64,000 nt of DNA from Squalus acanthias (GCA_030390025.1 CM059431.1:112966001-113030000); one strand, 5' to 3'. Positions 49,363 through 63,408 are shown, counted from the stretch's first letter. Numbers and translations are program-made. Notes: a model not told the origin generated them from the sequence alone.

Positions 49363-50194
49363 AAAGCGCTCTGTCATGAACAGGTTGATTTTCCTTGTAC
49401 CTTGCAGACAGGTGCTGCGATAGTTACATTGCAAATATTTGGGTGGTGGAATCTGCTGAGGTGGAGCTGCACTGATATGGAAGGAATGCAGTTTAGTTGA
49501 TCTGGGAGGGAGTGGCGGAATGTGGAAACTCTATTGCCACTCGAGTTCTTGTTTTAAAATGCTTTCTGCCTGTCATGGATTGCAATGTACCCTCCCTTTT
49601 CTCCACCCACAGGAGTGAGAGTGTGAGTCAGTGCCACTGGGGTGGAAACCTATCAATTCAGGAACAAATAAGCTGGGAGGTGGCTCTGACAGCATTAACT
49701 TCACCATTACTCTTGTTAGCTCGCTGGAACTCACACAGCAGCAAAGAGCATTCAGCACTTAGCACTGGAAGCGGAGAAGAAACTCCAAAGGAATTCCTTT
49801 CGAAGAAAATCAGATCGGTGAGTAACAGAGCAGTTAACATTTGTATTTCCCTCAATCAGTCTGACACTTTGGCACTTTTGATAAGATTTGATCAAAGTTC
49901 AACCAGCAAGTGATTTGCAGCCTTTTGGTTTTGAATATTGTAGGAGACTAAAGAAAATCTTAGCGCCTTTATAATGGCTCAAATGACAATATTGTTTATG
50001 TGGCAGAGGAAACTTTCTTTTGAATTTGTCGGGTATTGTCAGCATTCATCCAGCAAGGTGGAGGGCAGCTTCCGGTGCCAGATTCTGGCTTTGCAGCACT
50101 TTGCCAGCTACAAAAGGTGGCTTCCCCTTCTTAAATGACATTGTTATATCACAAATTTTAAAAGCTGTGTACACGAATCAAATTAATCTAAGGA

Positions 50195-50495
50195 GGGTCA
50201 TAATCTAAGGATAAGGGGTAAGCCATTTAGGACAGAAATGAGGAAGAATTTCTTCACTCAGAGGGTGGTGAACCTGTGGAATTCTCTACCACAGAAGGTT
50301 GTTGAGGCCAAGTCATTAAATATATTCAAGAATGAGTTAGATATATTTCTTAAAGCTAAAGGTATCAAGGATATGGGGAGAAGGCAGGTACAGGGTACTG
50401 AGTTTGGATGATCAGCCATGATCTCATCGAATGGCGGAGCAGGCTCAAGGGGCCGAATGGCCTACTCCTGCTCCTATCTTCTATGTTTCTATGTT
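50195..50495 (+). mobile_element. CR1 3' fragment related to the young CR1 at 24471-27504
   Basis: GHNLRIRGKPFRTEMRKNFFTQRVVNLWNSLPQKVVEA; (tttctatg)n tail. Confidence 0.85.
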
Positions 50496-53400
50496 TAAGG
50501 AATTCCCAGCCAGGACTGTGTTAGAAATTATGCTAAGCATATATTTGATGCAGATATTACCAGTAGACTTGTCAAGGCTCAATCATTAGGAGTGAAAATT
50601 AATTCATTCTTTGTGATTGTATTTCTTTGACATTGGTATGTGGAACCCTATGATGAGGTACTTACTTATTTAGCACAGTAGTATGACTATAATTATGTTT
50701 GAAATAAATCACTGCCTAGAATGCCTCTGTCTTTACTTTTTAATCATTTTGGACAACTGAGGAAATAATGAACAAACAGGTAAATAGTAGCAATGGTTGC
50801 GAAATCGTCACAAACCCAAGGGTGGTATTTATGTTCAGGTGTGTCTGTGGTACAAAAATGTTTTTGAAATAAAGGGTGTTTATTTTGCTGATGATTAATT
50901 ATGGATTCAGTGGGGTTGCATAAAGTAGCCCAGGCGGAGATAATTTGGTCAGGCAGGTGTCTAACATGCATTGACATCCATTAGCATGTTTAAGAACCTC
51001 CAAAGCAATCTGCTGAGAATACCACATAAGCACAATTTCTGTTTGCCCGATAGGGAGTGAACCCCCTTTTCCTTTAGTGGTATACCTCACTTACCTCTGC
51101 TCAGAGAATGTAGGCACAGTTGGCAAGAGACAAAGCTTAAGAAACCTCAAGTGTACATCAAAGGTACGATTGGAGTTTAACCATCCAAAATCACACAGCT
51201 TGCTACTGCTAAGCTTCTTCCTGATTGCCCATCAAGGACCACCATATCTGTTTTGGAGTAAGCTTACTTGGGACAGAAGGGGAAGAATCCCAGTCCCAGT
51301 AACAGGTCTACCCCTCCAGGTCCCATCATTGAGCTTAGCTGGCTGGTCAATCATCAAAAGTAGCCTGAAGTGATGCCTACCTGTCTTGTTCAGGTTTTGG
51401 ATGACTGAGTCTGCCACCAAGTAACAAAATTGGTTGCAATCTTCCATCACCAGTCATGCCATCTTGGCTCCAACTTGATCCCAAAGAAGCCCCACTTACA
51501 TCCTTTTCAAGGAAGATAGTCACTAGTTGGCCATTAGACATGTGACAAATGTGGGTTTAAACCCTTGTTAGACATACAGCAAGTACTGGGAACTCCTTCC
51601 AAGCAACATGGTGATCCTAACCAAAGTATGAACTCACTACATAACCTATTGAATGGTATTTCCAGCAGTTGGAAATGTGAAACTTCAGCATTAATCAAAT
51701 ACCAAACCCTGGATACATGAGCCTGAGTTCGCACACCTAGACTCCAATAATGCCTTCATGCAGCTGGGTCCCAAGCCTCAGAGTTTCCTCATCAGTTATA
51801 TGTTGGAGATTTACCTTCAGCAATGTGAAAGGACCTATGCGGGACAGCTTGTGACATGCCAGCCACCTTGATGTTTTAGATGCCCAAGTCCAGAGGCATG
51901 TATCAGGTTTGCTCATCATCAACTGATCAGTCGAGGTCCTTATGGAAGAAGGTTTGACAAGGAAATATTTCCGCCATGAGAGTGACACCCCCCCTAAGAG
52001 TACGGGGAGACAGATCCCTGTAAATCAGAACCTTTCCTCACTGCAACAGTTTCCAGTTTGGGCCATAAGTCACTTCACAACTTGCTCCTGTAGCTTGAAA
52101 GAATAAATTTTAGGTCTGGGATCACTGGTATTGAGGAGGTGAAAAAGATCATTTTTTTAAAAACAAATGTATAATTCATGAAAACTGACTGCATGTGCCA
52201 ATTGACTTCTTTCTTCTCTTTGAAATGCTATTTTTGTAGTCTATTCCTGACAAGGATTCTACGTACATTTTTTAGTTTAGCTAAAATCTCAGTGTTATCA
52301 CTGCTAATGAGATGTGATGTGCAACAAAGTTAAAAATAACTTAAGGTTTAGATACACTAGAAGAAAAGCTTTGGACTTTAGAAGGGTGGAGTATTTTAAC
52401 ATCTCCACGTAATGAGAAGAAAATAAAATGAGATGGGCAACTAGGGGGCAGTGCAATTGTTCAGTGGGTTGGATCCTGTTGGATATAAATCCATAGCAAA
52501 ACGACCCAAAATTTGCCACAGAGGGCAGAGTGTCTATTGACAACACTGTGTCAGGCAGTGAGTTGGAGGCGGGCGGGATTTACAGCCAGCAAGACTTACA
52601 GCCAAACAAAGTCTATGTACAGAGCCTATTTAAAAAGAGTCTCTATGAATTGCTGCAGATAGAACTCATGCATAAAATCAATTCCAGTCACATACAGCAG
52701 TGTGGTCTCCGGGCGTGATTGACGGGGAATTACCCAATCATCTCCATTCTAGCCAGGAATCGTGGTGACATTATGTGCAGCCTGCAGGGGGGCACCTAAT
52801 TGGCAATCTTACTCAGAGAGACAATCAGGATGGCTGGTGTGAGAAATACAAAGTGTTGCATTATGCAGATTACCACTGAGTATTGGGATGGAGGAGCGAT
52901 ATCCTCCATCTCACTGGGTGTTTAATCTTAGTCACGTTACAAGGAAGTGCTAAGTGACACCAGGCACCTTTTCCCTAAGGTGAAAAATTGCATGGGCACC
53001 TTAACCATGCTGTTCCTATGGAAATTCTGATGATGGCGTGTATACTTGTAAGAGACTGCAAGGTTTCTTTGTTTCTGTTGCTGGTAGACTGGACTCTTGT
53101 AGGGGTCACTATTCATCATCAGAGAAAAATAAAGCTCCAAATTGGAAAAAGGATGAGAGATAGACTGATGGAGAAAGATTATGTGGGGAATAGAGTAGCG
53201 TAATGTGCCCAGGACATAGGTATGAATCCAATCAGATTGATGGAAGGCTGCTGCCTTTCTCCTGTTGGCTGTAAGGATCCTACGTGACACGAGTATGGGC
53301 AGTTTTGCTATGGACTCATACCAACAGATCCTGCCCATAATTTGTCACCTGGTGGCACTAAGTTGAAGCCTTACGTAGAGATACAATATATATGGTTGGT

Positions 53401-53681
53401 GTGGAAAATGAAAAGTGTTGCACTGGTGCAGGAAGTGCTGTTCTGAGTTTGGAGGCTGAGGCCTGTGTCTGGAAGAGAGTGGAAAATTTTACTTTGCATC
53501 TGGAACTGCACTTGGCTTGAGTGGAGTATAAATGCCAGCATGGACTGGTTGGGCCGAATGGCCTGTTTCAGTGCAGTATATTCTATATAATTCTATGTAA
53601 CTACTATACCTGCATGATTAATACTAGCACTGAGTGTCCAAAGTAGAAAAGTATTCCATTAATCTCGTACGATATCCCTTA

Positions 53682-54140
53682 AAGAAAGAACTTGCATTTA
53701 TATAGCACCTTTCAGGACCTCAGGATGCCTGAAAGTGTTTCACAGGCAAGGAAAGACTTTTTGAAGTGTAGTCGCTGTTGTAATGTAGGAATGTGTTAGC
53801 TAATTTGCGTGCAGCATTTATCTCTTTGCTGTTTGCGCCCACAAGCAGCAATGACCAAATAATCTATTTTTGGTGGTGTTGATTGAGGGATAGATATTGC
53901 CCAGGACACCAGGAGTGTTTTCCTGCTCTTTGAATAGTGCATGGGCTCTTTTACGTCCACCTGAGAGGGCAGCAGGGGCAGCAGTTTAACATCTCATCTG
54001 AAAGACGGCACCTCTGACAGTGCAGCACTCCCTGAGTACTGCATCGAAGTATCAGCCTAGGTTTAGTCTCTGGAGTGGGACTTAAACCCACAACCTTCTG
54101 ACTCAGAGACGACAGTGCTACCTCTGAGCCAAGGTTGACA
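53682..54140 (-). mobile_element. Deu-domain SINE
   Basis: Reverse-complement homology to 7386-7830. Confidence 0.8.
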
Positions 54141-57100
54141 CAAAATGCACAAAAGCAGGATGCTGTCAAATAGAAGTAAGGGTCTCAATATTCCTGGACA
54201 ACCACCCCAAATGGAGTTCCAAGTTAGAGGCAAAAGTTTTTAGCTCCTGGCCATAGAAGTATTTTCCTCCCCTTCCCCTCTGATGAAGATGCTGGAAAGA
54301 ACATGTGCCCATTGTGGCGGGATCCTTCCAACTGAGAAAGGGGTGTCTGCACCACAGAGGCCTCGCTGGTCTCTAGCAAATCCAATTCCCTTCACAACAA
54401 AACCTGCCTAACCAAGGCAATAAAATCTAATGAGGAAGCAGCTTGATTTCAGGTTGGGGGACAGTTTGATAAGCTGAGAAAAGAGAAACAGTTAGGGAAT
54501 GGTAAGACAACAACACATGTGTTCAGTAAATCTGCTCTGACTTCCCTTCCAATGCTGCAGTCCATTAACACAGTTTACAGTTGGAGAATAAGATTTTCAT
54601 CAACTGAGTAAGGTTTAAGTGACTATAAATTAACTGACATGACAACTGATACTACTGATAATAAAATACCTAATCATTTTAAGTTTTAATCTCATTAATT
54701 CTTGATTTTACATTAAAGTCGTTAAAAATATCAGCATATTAATCTCACCCTTTAAAAAATAAGCGTGGAAAGTTTAAAACTACTCCAACTAGAAATATGT
54801 AAGCTAATAATGGATTTTAAAAGCACTAAGTTGCAATATTGAGCATTTCTGTCAAAACCCTGTCAATTTGTAGTTTTCATTCATTAAAATTCCTGTGTAA
54901 TTAACGCAAATAAATACAAACTTATCTTGATCCAAGACTTGTTAAGCAGAAACTCCACAGAATTTCAATTGGAAACCATCTTTAGGTGACAGATTTAATG
55001 AAAACTTTGCACTGGCTATTAAAATATGGGAAAGGTGTACCACGTGAATATTAGTGCCATTCCTGAGTGAATACAACCCCACCCAAAACTTGCATAACTG
55101 GTTTAGATAATTTGCAAACACACACCCACACACAAACTCCTTGTTTTAAGGAGCAGCTTTTCTCCACCCAGGTAATTTAACTGCACAGTTACTCACATCG
55201 ACTGGAGACGTAAGTACAAACTCTGAATTTGTTGTCATCTGCTGGAAGGGATTTCAGATGAAACCAGTCCTGAGATCAAAGCAGGACGGGTGAGCAGAGC
55301 AGTGAGTCTAAATGTGTGTTTAAGTGTCTGCGTATTAACTAATGGCCCTTTTCTGCTGTTACTCAGGCTCCAAGAGAATGGCTTTGAAGTGGAGATTTGT
55401 AACTCCTTAGTACAGTACCACTTCTCCCTTTTTAGTGCTTTTGTGTACCTTTGATCCTCATTTTAGGGCCAATTGAAGGAGATTTACGTTTTCTAGGCTT
55501 CTGATTCCACTTTTGGGATTCATGAAAAGTTAGGTCCTTGGAGTCATTGGAAGTGCAATTCTTCTGCGTCTTATAATGTAGAGGCAATTTTGGCATAGGA
55601 AATTTTAAATGATTTTTCATGAGAAGTAAAGAAATCTTTAAAACACAAGCCATTGTTCCACTCCTTGCCCTAGTTTTGGACTTGACAAAAGGGGACAATC
55701 TACTTTTAATCTCAAGGGAGGGGGATAAATTGTAGCTTTAATGGTTCATGTTCAACAGTCTAGTGAAATAGCAAAAGTATGTCGTAAGTCTCAGTTCTCT
55801 TCTGCCTATTAAGATATTAGACCCAAGTCTTCTATGAGAAACACTTTTAGCAGCATGAACAAGTAGGTAGTGTTGCTGAAATTGCAACTACTGTATTAAA
55901 CTGGGTCAAGAAAGGAGAAAAGATAATCCTGAGAACATATTACATTTCAGATTACTGCTAGACATACAGGAAAACTCCCACCAGATCCTTGGTATTATCA
56001 ATTAAGGATAATTTGAAATAAAAAGAGAGAAATGGATCATAGGAATGCACAATTTTCAATTGACGTATTTAATTTTCATATTCAGTAATTGTTTTCATAA
56101 ACATGTACTGCGGAATCCGCTTCACTTATTACTGATGTTGAGCACGAGAAAAAAAGTGACAATTGCTGCTCTTATTTGGTGGACACATCATTATGTTTCT
56201 TATGTACTGAAATCTACAGAAGCTTCCTATGGTGAGATTTTGCTGCAGTAATATCTGCAACTGATGTTGTTACCTTAAGTGTTTTTTTTTTGTGAGTTAC
56301 ATATGTATCTTTTACACCCCTTAGCTATTTGATTTAGATTGTATGCACAGAACTAGAGGTCACAAGCTTGAGCGAGAGGAGAGAAAAGATTTTTCTCTTC
56401 ATAGACTATAGATACTCCCAGCAAAAATGACGCTGAGATGATTAACTTATTTGAATAGGAAGCTGGATAAATATCTCTCTGGGAATGTGATGGTCATAGG
56501 GATAGTTAGAAACTGAGATAATGAAATGTTTCACAGGACACTATGGGGTCGATTTTAAGTCAAAGAGGGGTCGGTGTGTGGGGAGGCCCGAAGTGTGTGA
56601 CATAACCTGGAAATTGGGAAGTGACATGAATCTTGTCATTCATGTGGAAATGACTTATGAAGTAATACTGGGCGGCCTGCTGGTGGCGCTGTCCAGGGAG
56701 AGTATAAATACTCGGGCATGGGCCCAGCTTTCTCAGGACATTCCTTAACAGGAACTAGTGAAGGACACAACTAGATCTCCATGTTGAAAAACAGTTGATT
56801 AAAGCTTTGTTTCACGCTTAGACCAAGTGCCTAGTAGTTTTCTTACATCAGGAAGGAAGTGAGGCCTAGCTGATTTTAATGGCCGGGCCTCGTTTTAATT
56901 TTTCGCAGCTGTCTCCCATCCGAATCTGGCAGGAATGACGTCCAGGCCGGTGGGTGCAAGCCGGCATATGGTAGCTACTGGAGCAAGGTGGGGGGGGGGG
57001 GGGTGAGTGAGGGGGGGGGGGGCTACACAGCTGATGTCAGTCGGGGAGGGATAGGAAAGGTCGCTACAGGAGAGGCCCATGGATTCCTTGCAGGGTCCGA

Positions 57101-57151
57101 AGGAGCGTTCCTGCTCATCCTGGCCCCCATGGAATCCTTCCAAGAATTAAA

Positions 57152-57495
57152 AGTGCTGCACTGTCGGAGGTGCCGTCTTTCGGATGAGACGTTAAACCGA
57201 GGCCCTGTCTGCTCTCTCAGGTGGACGTAAAAGATCCCATGGCACTATTTCAGAGAAGAGCAGGGGAGTTATCCCCGGTGTCCTGGTCAATATTTATCCC
57301 TGAACCAACATAACAAAAACAGATTATCTGGGCATTTTCACATTGCTGTTTGTGGGAGCTTGCTGTGTGCAAATTGGCTGCTGCATTTCCCACATTACAA
57401 CAGTGACTCCACTTCAAAAGTACTTCATTGGCTGTAAAGCGCTTTGAGATGTCCGGTGGTCGTGAAAAGTGCTGGATAAATGCAAGTCTTTCTTT
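57152..57495 (+). mobile_element. 5'-truncated Deu-domain SINE
   Basis: Deu-like body and tail closely matching 7480-7830. Confidence 0.85.
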
Positions 57496-58649
57496 AAATT
57501 AATAGGAAATTCTGTATTTTTAGAACAATAAAAAAGGTGTATGTGTCATTTTTTACACACACAATTTTTTATTGGGATGCCTCAAAATGCCTCCTTTGCC
57601 TCGTCTTCTTCTTCTTCTTCTTCTTGAACTTACATGGCTCTTCTCGCCACTCTTGTGCCACCCACTAAGTTTCTCTGGCGGGTTTGCCACCAGGCGGGCC
57701 TCCCCCCACCCCACGAGTTCTAGTAAAAGTAGCGTTAAGTTGCCAATGATGTCATCGGGCCACCAGCCCTGTGCTGCAGCACCTGGAGGGAGTGGGGCCT
57801 TCTCAGTGGAGAGCAGAAGGCCAAGGTCGAATAGTGGAAATGTGAGATTGGTTAAATATTCTGTAGTTTTATCATAGAATGGTTACCACACAGAAGGAGG
57901 CCATTCGGCCCGTCGAGCCCATGCCGGGGATGAGGGAGTATTAACTGGCTAAATGGTATAGATATGATTCATGATCAAGTAGCGAGTTCTTGGGGGCAGG
58001 CAGGTTTACAAATTCCATTCTTTCAGGGAGACTTGCAGTGCCCCAAGTTAAACAGCTATTTGTGGTTTTGGGAGGGAACAGTCTGAATTTTCTGCTGGAT
58101 AATAGGTCACTGCTGATTTTGCAAATGACTTTGCTTTGCCTCCAACCACACTGTCTTTTATGCCCAGAGACGTGGCAATGCCTTACTGCCAATGTGGACA
58201 GGTTATACCAATAAGGAACAGGGTGGTAGAACTTGCTCACTGTTTTACCCGTTCAGAACATGTGCAGTGATAAGCCTGGGTTTCACTTTATATCACAACA
58301 CTGGGCACATTTTCATTTCACCTTTTCTTTTTGTGCGTGGACACGGCCGCTCAGTTGATTCATCAGTGGAGCAGGATGAGTTGAGTTGCGTATTTGCATG
58401 GTTGAAGGGAGTGGCTGATGAAAATATTTAACAGTTTTTCAGCCGGTCTGTTCTCGCGAAAGTCAAATTAAAAAACAAAAATACAGTAATAGGGATTATT
58501 ACTAGAACAGTAAGATAGCTGTGCTAAGGTGGTAACTATTGCTGCCATATCACCAAAAATCAAGAGATTATAACCACTGACCTGACTTTAAAGTAAAGTC
58601 AACGCATTCACTGATTATTAAGGTCATAATTGCGCCTTAAAGAGTCACG

Positions 58650-58792
58650 GCGGTAAATTTCCATCTTCACAACCTGGGCAGAAATCGGGCAGAGCAGAAT
58701 CAATGGAATGAAAATTGGGCGGATTCTATAATCAATGGGTGATCCACTCTGCCAGGTTACTGCCCAGGTGGTGAAGACAAAAAATTTGCTCC
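58650..58792. mobile_element. Short hairpin MITE
   Basis: Imperfect inverted arms (aaatttccatcttcacaacctgggcag / ctgcccaggtggtgaagacaaaaaattt). Confidence 0.5.
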
Positions 58793-59194
58793 ATGGTCCT
58801 TATACCAGTACAGGAAGAATAGCTGAACACCTTTTGTTGTAATGAAATCCTGTACAAACAGTGCGATGTAGCGTTCAATTTGAAAGCTCTCCCGGTGAGT
58901 CCAAAAGAATGGCTGATGTGCAAAGTGGAAAATATCATACTGGTGTTGGGTTTCAGAAACGTTGTGGGAGAAGGATCCTTACTCTGCATTTAACCTGTGC
59001 TCACCTGATGGTGCTTGATGCTGACACCAAATACTACATACGGCAAAAGCATTTCATTCTTCAGCGTTGGCATTCCTCGCTTTGATGAACACACAACATT
59101 CCAAACTAAACATCAATTCACCGAAAGAAGTGCTAGGCTTAATTTTTTTGTTTGCCAACCTTTTAATTAAGATAACCTCATTTGTATGAAAAGT

Positions 59195-59384
59195 CATGAT
59201 GCGGAGATGCCGGTGTTGGACTGGGGTGGACAAAAATGAGAAGTCGCACAACACCAGGTTATAGTCCAACAGTTTTATTTGAAATTACGAGCTTTCGGAG
59301 CGCTGCTCTTTCGTCAGGTACAGTGAGGGAACACAAATCGATTACAAAGTATATATAGACAGAGAACAATGTGTCTGCAGAATG
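59195..59384 (-). mobile_element. Solo Penelope pLTR fragment with hammerhead motif
   Basis: Homologous to about 30665-30844; TGTATGAAAAGT TSD at 59183-59194 and 59385-59396; minus strand reads tac-CTGACGA-aagagc/agc/gctcc-GAAA-gctc-gta. Confidence 0.82.
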
Positions 59385-59688
59385 TGTATGAAAAGTGGTC
59401 AACATGCATGCATGTGACATCACTGTGATTGCCAATGCTTTCCTTCAGAATATTAGAGTCACAAATGGAACTTCTGAACAGTTGCCCATGTGCAATCTAG
59501 CAGGTTACTGTTGTTTGCCCCTGACCACTGGTGCCCCGAATCCCACCCTGCCACATAAAGGGGACAATTTCAGAGCACCAGGAGCCAAAGCACGTGCTTC
59601 AAATAGAATATGTCCATCATTGCGATGAATCAACTGGAACACACTCTACAATATATTCATCTTTGTCTTTAGTTCTGATAGCAATAGT

Positions 59689-59809
59689 GGCCTAGAAATT
59701 CGCCTCGGGCATCGCAGTTAAAGGAACTGAATATCAGGTGCTGCGTATAACGGGCGGCCGATCCGATAACGCCCGTTTTGCAGCACTGCCTGAGATGAAT
59801 TTCTAGTCC
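59689..59809. mobile_element. 121-bp Harbinger-type MITE
   Basis: TIRs GGCCTAGAAATTCGCCTCGGGCA / TGCCTGAGATGAATTTCTAGTCC; AGT TSD on both sides. Confidence 0.75.
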
Positions 59810-60547
59810 AGTGTGTTTCTTTGACTTTCTAGCATGGCTGGTAGCAGGAAACACTTAAGTTCTTCGCTGAGGGAGGTGAGCACCTCATGTTACCTTACCT
59901 CAGGGGACATCCTCATCCAGGCTTGATCATGCTCAATTGAGTTTGGAAGTGCAGCAGCTAGCTCATCAGAAGGCTGCACGTTGAAACCTCAGGAGTGAAG
60001 CTGCATTAATGGCCTGTCAGCAAAAGAATAACCACTAACAAAAAAAACGACATGAAATAAAAGGAAAAACAGCTGTTTTGCAAACCTTTTCTTTTTGTTT
60101 GAAAAGTGAGGAGAGTCAGACAAGCCATGTCTCATTTTGGTCCTGATAATGTCATGCACAAGAGACGTGTTTCGTTGAGACTTACATCCATGCTTTGTGC
60201 ACTTGGAAACAAACTAAAAAGGTTTGCTAAATACTTTTCACATTATGCCTCTAGTTTAATGAAAGACAAATCAGCTAACATGGGCAAAAGTTTTGTGTGA
60301 ATATCTTAGGTATGGAGTTACAACAGTATGGATCCAATACATGCGATATTATCTATTTTGAAATTAACCTGTAACTCTGATATTCTAGAGCTTTGCAGAA
60401 GTATCTTCTTTTGTTTGTGCTCAGAATATTTTGTCTGTAACGTTAAACACTAAACAGTTTTTCACAAAATAGAAAGGGTGAATATATGGATAACATCCGT
60501 ATTCTCTACTGTAAAGGTATACAGACAATGTAGGAACTGGGAGGTGT

Positions 60548-61265
60548 CTTAGGCTTCTTAGACTTCTTAGGCAGTCCCTCGGAACCGAGGATGACTTGCT
60601 TCCACATTAAAAATGAGTTTTCAGCTGACTGATGAGTCCAATGCGGGACCTACAGTCTCTGTCACAGGTGGGGCAGACGGTGGTTGAAGGGGCAGGTGGG
60701 TGGGGTGCTTGGGTTGACGTGCGCTCCTTGCGCTGCTTGCGCTTGGCTTCCGCTTGCACCTGGCAAAGAGACTCGAGGTGTTCGGCACCTTCCCGGATGC
60801 TTCTCCTCCACTTTGTGCGGTCTTGGGCCAGGGATTCCCAGGTGTCGGTGGGGATGTTGCACTTTTTCAAGGAGGCTTTGAGGGTGTCCTTGAAGCATTT
60901 CCTCTGCCCACCTGGGGCTCTCTTGCCGTGTCGGAGCTCCGAGTAGAGCGCTTGTTTTGGGAGTCTCGTATCGGGCATGCGGACGATGTGACCCGTCCAT
61001 CGGAGCTGATCAAGCGTGGTCAAAGCTTCGATGCTGGGGATGTTGGCCTGAGCGAGAACACTGACGTTGGTGCACCTATCCTGCCAATGGATTTGCAGGA
61101 TCTTGCAAAGGCAGTGCTGGTGGTACCTCTCCAGTGCTTTGAGGTGCCTGCTGTACATGGTCCATGTCTCTGAGGCATACAGAAGGGCGAGTATCACTAC
61201 TGCTCTGTAGACCATGAGCTTGGTGCCGGGTTTGAGGTCCTGGTCTTCAAACACTCTCTTCCTCA
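60548..61265 (-). mobile_element. 5'-truncated RTE LINE 3' fragment (same family as 9975-11673)
   Basis: Open 215-aa frame nearly identical to 10848-11618; GGGAGGTGT TSD at 60539-60547 and 61266-61274. Confidence 0.9.
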
Positions 61266-61374
61266 GGGAGGTGTAATTGGATACCAGTCACCCAACATTC
61301 TACCTGCAATGTGTAATTTGATACACAGAGATAGTTGCCAACATATAGTTGCACTATAGGCAAGGCACAGGTAA

Positions 61375-61600
61375 CTCCCCAGAGTTCACACAACGTAGAA
61401 CACCCAGAGCTCAGACAACACACAGTGCCAACACTTCCCACAATTCAGACAACGTACAGCGCCAACACTCCACACAGTTTAGACAACGCCCAACGCTAAC
61501 ACTCTCCACAGTTCAGACAATGCACAACGCTAACACTCCCCACAATTCAGACAACGCACAGTGCCAACACTTCCCAGAGTTTTACAATGCACAGCACTAG
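61375..61600. repeat. Degenerate ~34-bp minisatellite (about 6-7 units)
   Basis: Unit approximately cacaattcagacaacgcacagtgccaacactccc. Confidence 0.8.
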
Positions 61601-62599
61601 CAGCCTCAACAGTTTGGACAGTGCTAATTTTGGAGGTGGCAATGTACAGTGCTACCAGTAGAGGAGCTAACACTGTGCTAATGCTAACACACAGCTGGCC
61701 ACGAGATACAAGTCTGTGACAGCCTGAGTCCCGAAGAACTATTGCCTGTACCGCCAAAAGACCTGTGCACTGTTTGCAGTAGCTTTTAAAAGAAATCATG
61801 GCAGTAACAGAAAAGTTGACTGGTTGTTCACAGTGGTACAGCAGAGATATATGACCAGCACTGCTACTGTTGATGCTGAAGAGTTGCAGTTCTGGCTGTA
61901 GGAGGTTCACCAAAGAAACCTGGAGCTGAAGACCACTTTCCAGTAAAACCACAGTAGCAAGCTGCAAGGAGTAATGTTACTGAATGAGGCAATGCAGTCA
62001 CCCAGGTCCCTTGTACCTAATTTCAAAGGCGGGAAAAGTTTGCTAGTTAGAGGTAACTGTACTCCTAAATTTTGATCGCACTTCTCGTGGGACCCAACAA
62101 ACATGAAACCTAAACTGGGAACTGCTCCACCCTCTGGGAGGTACCATTTGAAGAATGTACCATTGCCCTTTTGCACACATTGTGCTTCCACATCATTAAA
62201 ATGTAGCGAGCATATAATATACAATTATTGCACAATCAATTTGTTTGGTCAGAACTAAGGTGTGCAGAAAGTCTGCACTGGGCTAGAATGGGATGGTCTT
62301 GTGGATGAAAATCCTACCAGTTGCCTTATATCGTTGACAGTCCTTCGATCCCACAAATCAATTCAATTGGTAAACCTAAACAAGCTTATGCAAGGAAGTT
62401 AGCACAGTTTTTATATCTGCTTAGAATATACAATTATATTATTCAGGAACACAGTGAAGGCATGCAGGAAAGTTGTTTATAGTCAAGGAGCATATGCCAA
62501 ATACTGTGATCTACCAAAACGTTCATGTTACAGATACCTTGGTATAATTTTAAGGAAAACAATTCCTTTCCAAATGTGTTGCTACCAGATGTTTTTTGT

Positions 62600-62830
62600 C
62601 TACAACCAATGGACGCGACTGCTGCCAACGCAGTAAAGTAGTTCAGAATAAAAATTTAAAGTTGAAATAACATTTATGCCGAACTGAGCCAAGAGAGAAA
62701 GGAGGGGGCGGGGAAGAGATCGCTGCTGCCGAACTGAAGAAAATAGAAATTAAAAGTTGAATTGTTTTTTTTAACATTTAGGCGCAGAATTCTTCTGCGC
62801 AGCTTCCGGTTCGTTGGCAGCAGTCACTCC
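62600..62830. promoter_or_regulatory. Candidate promoter
   Basis: Local CpG enrichment in non-repeat DNA; CCAAT (62606), GC box GGGGGCGGGG (62704-62713), GCGCA..TGCGC inverted pair, and ETS-like CTTCCGG (62803-62809). Confidence 0.35.
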
Positions 62831-63408
62831 GATATAATAATTCACTGGTGAAGAGATGGTTTACTCTTACACTTGATGACTCTACTTTTACACATTCATA
62901 ATTTGTTAACATTCTTGACTCCACTATTTTTTAAATCTGAAGTGAGACTCTCACATCTCCTTCATTGCTATTGCTAAATTTCCTCCGTAATGTCTAATCT
63001 TTCCTTTTCCCCTTCAACAACTCTTAACTGTCTATAAACCCAAATCTATCCAACACCTGAATCATGATTCCATATTTAGGAATGTGATCTCTCACACTCG
63101 CAGATAGGAAACAAAGAAACACTTGCCTGGTACGCAATGCTTGTCTCACTGATCATTTCCAATCTCTGTGGCTGTTGCAACATTTTAGGATTTTCTCTGT
63201 TTTGCCAATGCTACTGTGGTCATTGCCCAGTTGATTTGCACTAATGTGTTCCTCCAAAGCTCTAAACTGTATCCTGTGGTTGGTATAAATGAATAAATTG
63301 AACAGATGATGAACTCGGAATTTTGACTAAACTTTGCTCTCTTTGCTTGTAGGTGAGCCCGTTGCAGAATTTATCTTCATTGAAGACAGCTCGTTTTGAT
63401 CTTTGAAA

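Noticed and set aside
61375..61600. CRISPR-like array
   Set aside because: Units are contiguous with no unique spacers, the context is eukaryotic and there are no cas genes.
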